From assembly GCF_036321535.1 (NCBI RefSeq), contig NC_087437.1, positions 97,466,001 to 97,530,000 of the forward strand: a DNA stretch of 64,000 bases, given 5' to 3'. Shown here piece by piece: positions 26,849 through 38,789 of the stretch. Each line of letters opens with the position of its first letter. The stretch's first letter is position 1. Below the pieces are notes generated by a model. The model saw only the letters and a list, made by a program, of their open reading frames with translations, was not told where the DNA came from and made no database searches. Origin of the DNA: Camelus dromedarius. Lineage: Eukaryota. Both the position numbers and the translations under genes were made by a program.

Positions 26849-28507
26849 TCCAATTACCCAGGACATATTTCACAGAACTAGAACAAATCATAATAAAATT
26901 TATATGGAACCATCAAAGACCTAGAATTGCCAAAGCATTACTAAAGAGAAAGAAAGAGTCTGGAGGAATAACTCTCCCAGACTTCAGACAATAGTATAGA
27001 GCTACAGTCATCAAGACAGCATGGTATTGGTACCAAAACAGACATATAGACCAATGGAACAGAATAGAGAGCCCAGAAATGAACCCACCAACTTTTGGTC
27101 AACTCATCTTCGACAAAGGAGGCAAGAATATACAATGGAATAAAGACAGTCTCTTCAGCAAATGGTGTTGGGAAAACTGGACAGCAGCATGTAAAACAAT
27201 GAAGCTAGAACACTCCCTTACACCATATACAAAAATCAACTCAAAATGGATTAAAGACTTAAACATAAGACAAGATACAATAAACCTCCTAGAGGAAAAC
27301 ATAGGCAAAACATTATCTGACATACATTTCAAAAATTTACTCCTAGAAGAAATAAAAGCAAGAATAAACAAATGGGACCTAATGAAACTTACAAGCTTCT
27401 GCACAGCAAAGGAAACCAGAAGTAAAACAAGAAGAAAACCTACGGAATGGGAGAAAATTTTTGCAAGTGAAACCGACAAAGGCTTGATCTCCAGAATATA
27501 TAAGCAGCTCATACGACTCAATAAGAAAAAAATAAACAACCTAATCCAAAAATGGGCAGAAGACCTAAACAAGCAATTCTCCAAGGAAGACATACAAATG
27601 ATCAAAAAGCACATGAAAAAATGCTCAATATCACTAATTATCAGAGAAATGCAAATCAAAACTACAATGAGGTATCAACTCACACCAGTCAGAATGGCCG
27701 TCATTCAAAAATCCACAAATGACAAATGCTGGAGAGGCTGTGGAGAAAGGGGAACCCTCCTACACTGCTGGTGGGAATGCAGTTTGGTGCAGCCACTATG
27801 GAAAACAGTGTGGAGATTCCTCAAAAGACTAGGAATAGACTTACCATATGACCCAGGAATCCCACTCCTGGGCTTGTATCCAGAAGGAAATCTACTTCAG
27901 GATGACACCTGCACCCCAATGTTCATAGCAGCACTATTTACAATAGCCAAAACATGGAAACAGCCTAAATGTCCATCAACAGGTGACTGGATAAAGAAGA
28001 GGTGGTATATTTATACAATGGAATACTACTCAGCCATAAAAACTGACAACATAATGCCATTTGCAGCAACATGGATGTTCCTGGAGAATGTCATTCTAAG
28101 TGAAGTAAGCCAGAAAGAGAAAGAAAAATACCATATGAGATCGCTCATATGTGGAATCTAAAAAACAAAAACAAAAACAAACAAACAAAAATAAAGCATA
28201 AATACAGGACAGAAATAGACTCACAGACAGAGAATACAGACTTGTGGTTACCAGGGGGGTGGAGGTTGGGAAGGGATAGACTGGGATTTCAAAATTGTAG
28301 AATAGATAAACAAGATTACACTGTATAGCACAGGGAAATATACACAAAATGTTATGGTAACTCACAGAGAAAAAAATGTGACAATGAGTGTGTATATGTC
28401 CATGAATGACTGAAAAATTGTGCTGAACACTGGAATTTGACACATTGTAAAATGATTATAAATCAATAAAACATGTTAAAAAAATTTTATCCAGAAAAAA
28501 AATAAAC
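26849..28507 (+). mobile_element. Young 5'-truncated L1 (camelid-type) with 12-bp TSD
   Basis: Nearly intact ORF2 3' part, 3' UTR, AATAAA and A-tail; direct repeat aaataaaagcaa at 26837-26848 and 28508-28519. Confidence 0.95.
26851..28161 (+). pseudogene. L1 ORF2 C-terminal fragment with the Cys/His-rich motif
   Basis: Frame [20 protein letters not shown]... with one premature TAG at 26992-26994, then open to 28161; contains [18 protein letters not shown] (CX3CX7HX4C); endonuclease and RT core absent. Confidence 0.9.
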
Positions 28508-29091
28508 AAATAAAAGCAAAATCCCAACCTTGAAATTAGATAAATTCTATCAGTAGAATGTCATTAGAAACAAATGAATGATTTATGTTTTAATATAAAA
28601 TTCAAAAATTCTATTTATAATTGTACCTATTTTTGAATAAAGTAAAATTGTATGTTATTATTGTTACTTTATTAGCCATGAAGACTTATTGGAGATTTGG
28701 CTACTTTAAACCTTATCTCCCACTTTAGATAGCGGAAGTAACCATGGTATGTATCATTTAAAATACAGAAGAATAAAAAAAAATTTGACAAAAACTTTTG
28801 AAATCTAAGGTTTAAATACAACAAATTTAAATAGCTGATAGGAACAGAAGAATCATAGTGATGATATACAAAGTAATGCAGTGGTGAGATCTGAATTCCA
28901 ATTTTCCAATGAGATAAAATGATAATTTATACTAAGTAAGAACTAAACAAGTTTTCCATTAAATAATTTCAGAATCTCTGATGTAAAGAAAGGTTAAAAG
29001 TCAATGAAATCTCAATATCAATCTATCAGAATCTAAACTCATAAAAACTCAGTTTTAATTTGGTGAATAACATGACAGTTCTGAACAGAAC

Positions 29092-29107
29092 CCAGTAGAT
29101 GGCAGTA
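29092..29107 (+). promoter_or_regulatory. Candidate CTCF site
   Basis: CCAGTAGATGGCAGTA matches the CTCF core consensus; lies in non-repeat sequence. Confidence 0.5.
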
Positions 29108-30718
29108 GGCTGTTATAAAGTCATCAGGAAGACAGAAATAAATTATACATTGCCAATGTTACATATGTATACAGGGAACTTGATGAATAAAGTGTGCTAT
29201 TCTTTCTAATGACACAGATACCACATCCCTAAATGTGGTTCCTGTATACACTACAGTACATACTATTTCCTGGTTCTGTGGTAGGAAGCCACACATTCCT
29301 GAACACTACAAACACATAGTACTTTCCTCATGTAAGATGACCACAGTGACTCTAAACTCGATCTTAGTAAAATCCAATCAAAATTAACAAATTTTGGGAT
29401 GGTTCAATATGAGTAAAATAAATATTAACTTTAAGAGTTTCTAATCCATTCAGTTGGGAAAGAAATTAAAATAACTATTTTGTCCTATAAGGATAAGTAA
29501 ATACCCAGGTATATTTACATCCACACAGAGGGACATCCAACTGGAAGATTCCTAGATACCACATCCAAGAATAGCCTTCAAACAGCATCAACAATTCCCA
29601 GGGAACATAGCAAGTCCCTTAGCATTTTCCCCATTCCTCAGACAGCAAGGGATTGCCCCATTATCTTTCCACTATAAGTAGTTCAAAACTTATCATAAGG
29701 AGTTCAAAATTCGGTTACTGCCCTAATACCACTTTTCCAAAATGTGAATGCTGCTATGTTTTCCTCAAATGCTTATGAGTTTGTTTTGGATCATCTTGCA
29801 TTTTCTTATTCAATTTATATTTTGAAGTAGCTTTTCAAGTTTCCAGTATTATTTGAGGCCATGAGAGAGTAAATGTATCTGGTTTGTATGAAACGAAGTA
29901 AGCTATGACTCATAACTATGAGTGGTGTGGAAACAGTGGGAAAGAGAAGAGTTTTTATTCAAGACTAAGCAAATATTCAAAAGCTATGCATGCAGTAGTA
30001 AATCTGGAACATATATATGTATACATTTTATTACCTTGAATTAATGCACAATCCATCTATATAAATGTATGGTTTCTTAAAATTAATATACAAATGTATA
30101 ATCTCAAAAAGATTAAGTTTATTTTGTTTTTAGGTTTGTGGCATTGCTTTTCTTGCAAGGAATAATATGCTTGACTCTTAGTTATCCAGCCAAAACTTGT
30201 AGCATAGTAAGGCAAAAATAAAACACATAGGACAGAATTTTGTAAGCAGTCCTAGACATTTGCCTTTTCCAACTCCAGATTAAAGAATCTGTCCCTATCA
30301 GTCAAACAGGGTCCACTCAGTTTACTAATTCAGTAATAGAACACTATCTCAAGAGACCTCTTAATTGAAAATTTCCTGATTAAGGTTATAATCTGAAATA
30401 CAATTCTCTCTGCTTTACTAAAACTTTAAGTTATACATAAATTTATGCAATGACTAATATTATTATTTCAGTGGGGCTGTGAAACCATCTTTCCCCTTCC
30501 TCCTTAATGGAAGTAGGTGATGAAAACCCTGGCTAATTATGGACAAAGCAATTCCCTGATGATTCCTGTGTTCTTTCCTTGGTTTCTGCGGATACTCTGT
30601 TCTACACTCTTCCTTCTTGGGAGTTAGTGAACAGAGATGCATCTCATCTCCTCCTGAGGGCAGTACCACATAGGAAGGTCTGCAATTGTTGTGTCCTTCT
30701 AGGCAATGAGTAGGTTAC

Positions 30719-30840
30719 CCTGATTCTGGAGGGCAGAACTCAGGAGTTCATTGTTGGTGCAGAACTAATCCTCATCCTCTTAGCCAGATATGAAGTGACC
30801 TCTGTCTTCCTGATTTTCTTAATCTTTCTCTCAACTGATT
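30719..30840 (-). other. Candidate 122-nt cassette exon
   Basis: Acceptor ttttattctctttgcttgaattcag|AATCAG and donor AGG|gtaacc; phase-1 reading ESVERKIKKIRKTEVTSYLAKRMRISSAPTMNS*. Confidence 0.2.
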
Positions 30841-32179
30841 CTGAATTCAAGCAAAGAGAATAAAAGTCATTTATTAAGCTCCATCAAATTCCAACAATGA
30901 AAAAACACACATACATATTGTTTAGGAATACATACCTATGCAGCAGAAGTATAAAGATGTGCTGGAGAATAATATACTCCAAACTCAGGCAATGCTGAGA
31001 CCTTAATTCTGCTCATGATGTTCTTACTTCTTAAGCTGGATACTAGGCACACAAGTATTTGTTAAATTATTCTTGAAAATGTCTGCAGTTTCTTTATCTA
31101 AGCTGAGCACTCTCGTTTTTTTTTTTCTCTTTCTTCCGCTGTTGGCAGTTCTCTGTCAATCTGAGATGAAAGGAGGGTTTATATCCAACAAGTTTGGGCA
31201 AAGAACAGAACAGCTTCTTTTTTGATGTACACACTGAAAAATGGATTTTCCATTGTTCAGCACCATGAAATTTTCCCCATTAAAAGAGGCATAAGGCTGT
31301 TAACTGTGTAACCTTTTTAATAACTGATATTGAGAGGCTGTGATCTACCTAAGAGCTAAATTTCTTGCTTTCCCCTTTAACCTAACAACACATATCAATA
31401 TATCATACAGAATCAGTAACATCATTGTTTCAGTAAGTTTGGAAGGTGTTCTAGGGTAATAACATATCAGTGCTTACTTGATCCTTGAAAAAGATTAATC
31501 TCTTTAAATCATTCCCAATGCACAGATTCAAACAGCAGCCAAATGTAATAAGCTAATTATGGGTACGATTCAAGTGTCATTCCTTATTAAATCAATGCTC
31601 TAAAAACTCTTCCTACATTTCCTAATCAGTAGAAATGAACAATTAACATCTAATTAGTCATCCATCATCCTTGTTAAAAATGTTTTAAAAGGAAAATTAA
31701 AGAGATTTCTCTCACAAAGATTTTACTGCAAATGTGAGACAGTGTCCTTTTCCACTTACATATCCATCGTTTACTATCTAGTAGCCTACTTTGCTAAAAT
31801 GATTATTTTAAACATGAAATCTATTAATAGGAATATTCCAAGAATATTCAAGAGTTCCATCATTTTAATGGTTCCAAATTACTTTCCTGACAATTAGTCC
31901 AAGCAACTGACTTTACAGAGGAGGACACGGAGACTAATGGAGGTTTCACTTGTTGACGAAGCTACAGTTGCATACTGGAAAGGTATTTAAGGCCAGATCT
32001 CAAGGCACTTTTCCATCTACCCACTTTTCTTTCCTTTATAGTTTAAAAGAGCATTTTAATACCTTATGCCTACTTCATAAAGTTATTGAGTCCCTGTTAT
32101 TATGTGAATATAATTACTAAGTATAACTACTATTTCCATCTGGCTTTGGCAAATCTGAATAACCTAATAGATACAAATT

Positions 32180-32430
32180 TGGGAGCCAGAGTCAGAATAC
32201 CTGGGCTCACATCTCAGTTTTAGCACTTATTAACTGTAACTTTAGGTCAGTTGCTTAAAGTTTCCGTGTCTTTCCTTTCTTATTCATGAAGTGAAGATGA
32301 TAATGATGCTGCTAATGACAGTGTTGACAGTATCTACTCCAAAAGTTGTTTTTAGGATGAAATAAATTATTGCTCTAAATGCTTAGACATCAGTTTATGG
32401 AAAATTTAAATGCTCATTAAATATTATCTA
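32180..32430 (+). mobile_element. MIR SINE
   Basis: gagtcagaatacctgggctcacatctcag...cacttattaactgtaactttaggtcagttgcttaa...tgctcattaaatattatc. Confidence 0.7.
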
Positions 32431-33611
32431 TTCAAAATACAGTATCTCTTGAACTTTTCTGTATTTTTTTCCAAATTCATTTTCCAGAAAACAATGGGTA
32501 TACTGATCTATAACAGATTGAGGCCATTGTTCGAACAACACAGTGCCTGGACTTTGTATGTTTCTATCATGTCTAAGACCGATAGAGAAGATATATTACC
32601 AGGACAAGTGGCACGTGCACTAAATAAGGGAAGGAGAAAACGAGAAGAGTCCAATCATTAAGTCATTCCCCAACAGTAAGTTTTTTTTTTTCCATATTCA
32701 TTTCAATGTATGGGTAGCTTGGTCCTGGCAGACAGCTTCGGCACAGACATGGTTCCAACAGCAGCATCTTGGGGAGGAGGTATTATTACAATAGTAAATT
32801 ACAAAGTGATGTAATCTCCTCAGTAACAATCTCACGTTTAAGAACTGTTCATTGCGACCATAATTCACATCACAAATTTACATACATTCAACACTAGAAT
32901 TTTCCTCAAGTAGTAAATGTATCTTGAAGAAGTAAATATACTTTGAAACACCTACGCTTCATAGTAGGTGTTGAGAATTTGACAGGGAAGAAGATACAGC
33001 TTCTATCTTCTTGGAGGTGCAGTCTCATGGTAGGTTATAGGTGGACACATAGTTCTTTAAAATGTGAAGAGTGCTCTGGAAGGAAGTCTCTCTTACTCTT
33101 CTTCACAGACTCTACATGCGATCCATTATTTCTACTTTTTTCTGAATCTGGAATCTTTCCCTCTTTTCTGGATAACTCTCTTTGGTTTTAAATACGTTCA
33201 AGTCTCTTCATATTAAAAACACATCTTTTCATCGCACTTCCTCTTTATAACCAAAGTTCTAAGATTCATCTGCCCTGCCGACCTCCCAATTTTTACATTC
33301 TGTTCATTAATGACTTCAACTCATCCCTCTCCACCAAAATAAATGTCACTACCTTCAGAAAAATCCCTAGTCACTAAATCCAATGACTACTTTTCAATCT
33401 ACATCTTTTTTGACTTCTGGGCCATACTCAATAAAGAACAACATTTTCTCTCAAAATGTGCTATTTTCCTTAGTTCTAGGTAAGTATTATTTTTCTCTTA
33501 CTACTCTGATTGCTTTTCACAATATCTTCTGCAGCTAAGCCTTCTCTCCCAAGTCATTAAATTCATATTTGATTTTTTTCAAACTCAAGTGTAGGCACTC
33601 TTTTGTCACTA

Positions 33612-33928
33612 TGCCACTGTTATCCCGTAGAAGTATAATACAAGTCACAAATGGCACATGCATCATTTTAAATGTTCTAGTAGCTACAACAAAAAGTGTA
33701 AAAAGAAACATGAGATTAATTTTAATGGTTCAATATATCCAAAATATTATCAACTCAAAATGCAATCAATATAAAGAATTATCAGTGAGATATTCTGCAT
33801 ACTTTGTTTCCGACTAAGTTTTAGAAATTCTGGTATAATTTCAGGTCATACCAGCCCACATTTGCCATATTTCAAGTGTAAATAGCCACCATGCAGTTAG
33901 TGGTTTCTATATTAAATGGTACAGCTTT
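33612..33928. mobile_element. MER33-like hAT-Charlie element
   Basis: tagaagtataatacaagtcacaaat...aaatgttctagtagctac...caatatatccaaaatattatc...atttcaagtgtaaatagccac...gtggtttctatatt. Confidence 0.75.
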
Positions 33929-34329
33929 ATCTAGTCTTTAAAGAGCTCCATGGTATCATTCATCTCCATGGCTTTAATTAAGTCTTCAAAACCAAGACTC
34001 CAAAATATTTATCTCAGCCCAGGCCTCTTCTGAGTTCTGTATATTTTACTGTATATTTGTCATCTTCCTTTAGGGGTCTCAAATTCTTCTAAAATTCAAT
34101 ATGCCTAGTTCAAAAGCAGATCTTCCCCCTTTCAACATGAACTTGTCCTAATTTCACTTATCTTAATGATTGACACTTCTAACTGTACAGTTTTACAAGG
34201 TAAAAACTAGTTATTTTGATAATTTCCTTTCATATAGATGAGGATGATGTATACTATTGATACTATTTGATTCCCCTCTGTCATTTTTTTTTTACAGCAT
34301 CAATCACAATTTATAATAAAAATGTGTTT

Positions 34330-34429
34330 AGCTCCAGTTGAGGGGTGGTTATAGCGCATGCTTAGCATGCATGAGGTCCTAGGTTCAATCCCTAGTAACT
34401 CAAATAAAAAATAAAAATTTAAAAAATTT
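34330..34429 (+). mobile_element. tRNA-Ala-derived SINE (camelid vic-1 type), 5' end altered
   Basis: gcgcatgcttagcatgcatgaggtcctaggttcaatccctagta (B-box GGTTCAATCC), A-rich tail, imperfect TSD aaaaatgt(t)gttt. Confidence 0.8.
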
Positions 34430-34789
34430 AAAAATGTTGTTTGCCTATCTTGTTAATTTACTGATAAGTTGCTAAACTGTAAGCTCCATGAGCAAGAACC
34501 ACGCCTGTCTTGCTCATGATTGTACCCCATAATATTTAGCAGGTACCTTGTATATCATAAACATTTAATAAATAACTTGTTAAATAAAAAAACGCCTAAC
34601 CCAGTATTAGAGGGTCAGGAAAAATCAGAATGTGATGTCTTCTTTTCTGGGATGTATTTGCAATGAAGCAATTTAGGTCTTATTTTTCTAGGTTAAAAGT
34701 GCATTTGTCTTTGATCCAAATCCCGCTTCTAGGAAATTATGCCATAGAAATACTTAAGCTTGTACAGCACAGTAATGCCTCACATTGCT

Positions 34790-35025
34790 TCAGTGCATAT
34801 TTTATATCAGGATAACCATTTTACCTCTATTATTTTACTTGATCCCCCTAATGACCCTGTGAAATAGATATCATTTATCCACAAATAAACAAAATATAAA
34901 GTCCAAATAGGTTAAATAGCTGATTTAGTTCACATACTGAGTAAAGCAGTGGAGCCACTAACTGACTCAGGCAATTCGATTTCAGAAATCTAATTTTTTT
35001 TAAACCACTAACCTACATTGCCTCA
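34790..35025 (-). mobile_element. MIR SINE
   Basis: tgatcccccta atgaccctgtgaaatagata...aggttaaatagctg...cacatactgagtaaagcagtggagcca. Confidence 0.6.
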
Positions 35026-35240
35026 AATCATTTTATTACCTAAACATTTTCTAACTGAAATTTCCACAAGTAGGAAGATGACTAAATACTGTATGCTATA
35101 TCCGTGCCATAAAAGAAATATACTAGTGCCATACAAGAAAAAAAATAGAAAAATACAGAAACATTAGATCTACAGACAGATTTCAAAGACATGTTGCAAA
35201 GTTTAAAAAAAAAAAAAGGCAAGTTGCACAAAAACTGAAG

Positions 35241-35849
35241 TGTGGTGGTAGAATTTTGGACTCCATGGTCACCTTCCCTTAGTGTTACTCCTAGAAATGT
35301 GTTTCCTTGCCAAGCAAAGGGGACTTTGCATATGTAATTAGTGCTACTAATCAGCTGATGTTAGAAGAGAGTAATTATTCTGAATTATCCAGGTAGTTCC
35401 AGTGTAATCACATACGCCTTTAAAAGCAGAGCTTTCTCCTGGTTGAGGGCAGAAGGGAAGTCAGAGATATCTAAAGGATAAGAAGAGCTTGACATATCAT
35501 TGCTGTGCTGATGTTAGAGGGGGCCATGTCAAAAGATGTGGGTGGCCTCCAGCAGCAGAGGACAGCCCTTGGCCAATAGCCAAAAAGGAAACAAGGATCA
35601 CTGATCTACAGCTGCAAGGAAATAGATTCTGCCAACAACCTAAGTGAGCTCAGAAGCAGATTCTCCCTCCAAACTTCCATATAAGAACTAAGACTGGGCA
35701 GCATCTTGATTCCAGCCTGGGAGACCCAAAAGCTAGAACCCAGTCAAGCTAAGCCAGCTCTCAGATCCAAGAGTGAGCTAATAAATGTGTGTTGTTATAA
35801 GCTACTACATTTGTGATGATTTGCTCTGCAGCAATAGAAAATTCATACA
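35241..35849 (+). mobile_element. MaLR solo LTR (MLT1D/E-like) inserted in an old L1 3' fragment
   Basis: TGTGG start; ggggactttgcatatgtaatta; gattctgccaacaacc..agtgagc; aataaatgtgtgttgttataagctac...gcagcaatagaaaattcataca end. Confidence 0.85.
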
Positions 35850-36569
35850 ACATGCAACATGATTCTGCATTTTTCAGTAAACAACACTAGCTGTGGATTG
35901 CACATCAAGGTTTATAAGGGCACAGAAATAGAACTGGAAAGGTAAAGATGATATTGAAAAAAATATTTAACTCTGGAGAGCCTTGAGGTTGCAGGGAGCC
36001 CATAAACAGTGGTTTTCCTGTTTAATTCCACATAGGCATTTATTGGTTGACTCCTTTATTGGCAGAATGTATTTGTGTATTATTTATACATAACAAAAGG
36101 TAATGTTTTAAAACGTAATTTCATTGAATTGTAAATCAATCATAACATTTCACTTTCAAACTGTTATTCTAATTTCAGTCAAGATGCACAGTATCAGACA
36201 GTGCCCAGACATTAAACAAATCAAGCTGAAAGAATCACCAAGGGAATCATGGGTTCCAAGTAATTGAATGATAAACAATTACAGGAGTCTGTTCCAGTTG
36301 GTCTTCTCAATATTCTTTCTGGTAGTTAAAAACCACTCACGACCCCACAAGCCCCATGCTGTTTACAAACCTACACTATCTGGACACGTATGAAACAAAA
36401 TAAAAACCATCCTGTTTAATCCTTTCCCTCACCTACAAATGAAATCTACCTTGACAAGATTGCTGAAAACTTGACCCATATATCAGTGAAAGAATCCATG
36501 GCAACGTGACCAAAAGTCTACAGAAGCAAAGCAATTTCTATACTTGTAATTAGCCAGCCCTAAAAGCCC

Positions 36570-36652
36570 CTTTCCTCCTTCCTCCCCTCTCCCTTCTTTT
36601 CTCACTTTCCTTCCTCCCTCCCTCCCTTTCTCCCTCTTTTCCTTCCCTTCTG
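36570..36652. repeat. Polypyrimidine (TCCC/TTCC) low-complexity tract
   Basis: About 80 bp almost purely C/T on the plus strand. Confidence 0.85.
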
Positions 36653-37235
36653 TTTTTGATGAGTCATTTTCCTAACCATCTGAGTAAACACAAAATCTAT
36701 TTATATAAAGGCAATCAAATGTTATAGAATTTGAACACGTAAAATACACCTTTTTGGTATAAGTATGAAATTCACAGAATCCTATAATGTGGAGTTTATA
36801 AAAGGTAGATTTTTTTATTGTTAGTTATTTTCTCCAGGCATTCTAACATTTCAACTTCAACATCAAATATCCACTGCTTTGCAGTCAAAATCAGCCAACC
36901 GCAATTTGAGACATTTTCTATAATTTAGCTTACTCATTTTTCAGAAAATCTCATGAGTAGGAAATCTATGACTTAGGAAAAAATGGACCTGCAGCAATTT
37001 GGTAATTACATTTTTTTTTTCAGCATAAAACGCAGATCTATGCTTTTCACTTAAAACATAGTGGGTGTTTAGTAGTTAAGGAGTCTACAGAGACACTCCA
37101 AGGACTAAATATATTATCCTTAAAAACTAATTCCGTCATTTATGATTCATAGCAAACTCCTTAAGTAAAGTTACAGATTTTCAAATTATCCCATTGAGAG
37201 AGAAAGAAGAGGAGAAAAGAAAAGGGCAGACTCAC

Positions 37236-37317
37236 ATCTGTCTCTGCAGGCAGGAAGTTGCAGTAATAACCAACTTTCACAGTGCCTTGCTAAAAACGTT
37301 ATTTTCATCTGTGTTTC
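37236..37317 (-). other. Candidate 82-nt cassette exon
   Basis: Acceptor gtgcttttag|GAAACAC and donor GAT|gtgagt in a repeat-free block; phase-1 reading GNTDENNVFSKAL*; phase 0 is open throughout. Confidence 0.35.
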
Positions 37318-38789
37318 CTAAAAGCACCTCTTTTGAAGAAAATTCACATATCATTTTACTTTACTGGATGCTGGAATGAAAAATAGATGCCCACTGTCAG
37401 CCAGCTATATTGATTACAAGTGAAAATGTGATCATTTTGCATTGACTTGCCCCAAAGCACCGCATTCCGTCAAAGCAGCAGAAGGAAATTAATGCTTTCA
37501 TATTGTGCCTAAGAAAAATATGAGACGTTGTTCACTTTGCCCTCTAGACAGAGAGGTATATGCAATAGCTGAAAGGTAATAGCTTTCAGAACATGAACTT
37601 GAGACTTTTATTAAAATCATTATTTAATGTACAAAAAATAATTGACCCAGTACCATGGCATTTAAAGCAGCCATTTGTAGTCATTACCTCTTAGATCATA
37701 AGGTTTATTTGTTAAAAGCCAGTATTTTTCAAATTAAAACTCTGCCTTTGTTTCACCTGGATTATATGTCTTAAATGATAACTTCCTATACATATATCAA
37801 TCAAATGATGTAAAAACTATGAATTGGTCATGAAAGAAATTGTTATGTTTATGTTTCATTTGACTTTTATTTTACCAAAAAAAAATCTAAAACAAAACTA
37901 ATGCCTTCTTAGTCATTATAGGACACCTATTGTGAGCCTAGCATAGATCTTTAAATATATATGCATATATATAACTTGGCTTACATAATTATTTTATTAT
38001 CTCATCAGTAGTTACTATAGCATAGGCTTTAAAATAATGCAAAGGAATCACATTATTAATTTTAAAAATTACAAGTTCTAAATACCAAAAAATCACATTC
38101 ATAACATGTAAAATTTTAGAAACACAGAGATGCTTCTCATTCTGGTGAGTTTATATTTTTGAAAATTTACCTGACTTATCTATACTATTCTCCATAGAAG
38201 TGTACAGTCTATTTCTTAAAACAGAATTTAAAATTCAACTCAAAAATTTTGCAGCAGAAATTCAATCTCAAATTGGCAAAATAACTTGTAAAATTGGAGG
38301 CTATTTCTTTTTAACCCTGATATGTTTTACATTACAAATAATATTTGTACTGAACCAAATGTGATGATATTGATCATACACATGTATATGATGACATCAA
38401 AACTGATAGGTACATGAAGGTAGCGAACCATACTCTTCAGTATAAAAATATGCTGAACTGACCCATGACCTCACCCTTGCAAACAGATGGGTAACTTTTA
38501 GGGTGTTAAGTAGAGCTATGTTCTTCCCTCTAACAACAGATGCTTATTTTTGTTGAAGGATGGAGGGTTTTTCATTATTGTTCAGATTTCCCAGATGTAC
38601 TAGTGGAGATAAAAACAAGCTTAAGTCGCATCTTTCAGATTCCTAAATCCATTGCTGCCTCTTATTAGCTATGTGACTTTGGGAAAATGCACTAATTTAT
38701 CAAGTATTCTGGAGAAAAAGTGGGAAACCAGAGTGCCGGGCCTCACAGAGCTCACAGTTGAACGGACTTTGTATTCACCGTTACTTGTA

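Larger units (their letters stand above)
33070..34590 (+). mobile_element. L2 LINE fragments with nested MER33 and SINE
   Basis: ctaaatccaatgactacttttc; catctccatggctttaatt...gactccaaaatatttatctcagccc; 3' end actgtaagctccatgag...tgtcttgctc...ttaataaataacttgttaaa. Confidence 0.7.

Noticed and set aside
27079..28161. 360-aa ORF as a host gene
   Set aside because: It is the C-terminal part of L1 ORF2 in a 5'-truncated insertion; the overlapping antisense ORFs are by-products.
34340..34400. tRNA-Ala gene
   Set aside because: Has an A-rich tail and TSD and lacks an intact A-box/D-arm, so it is a SINE copy.
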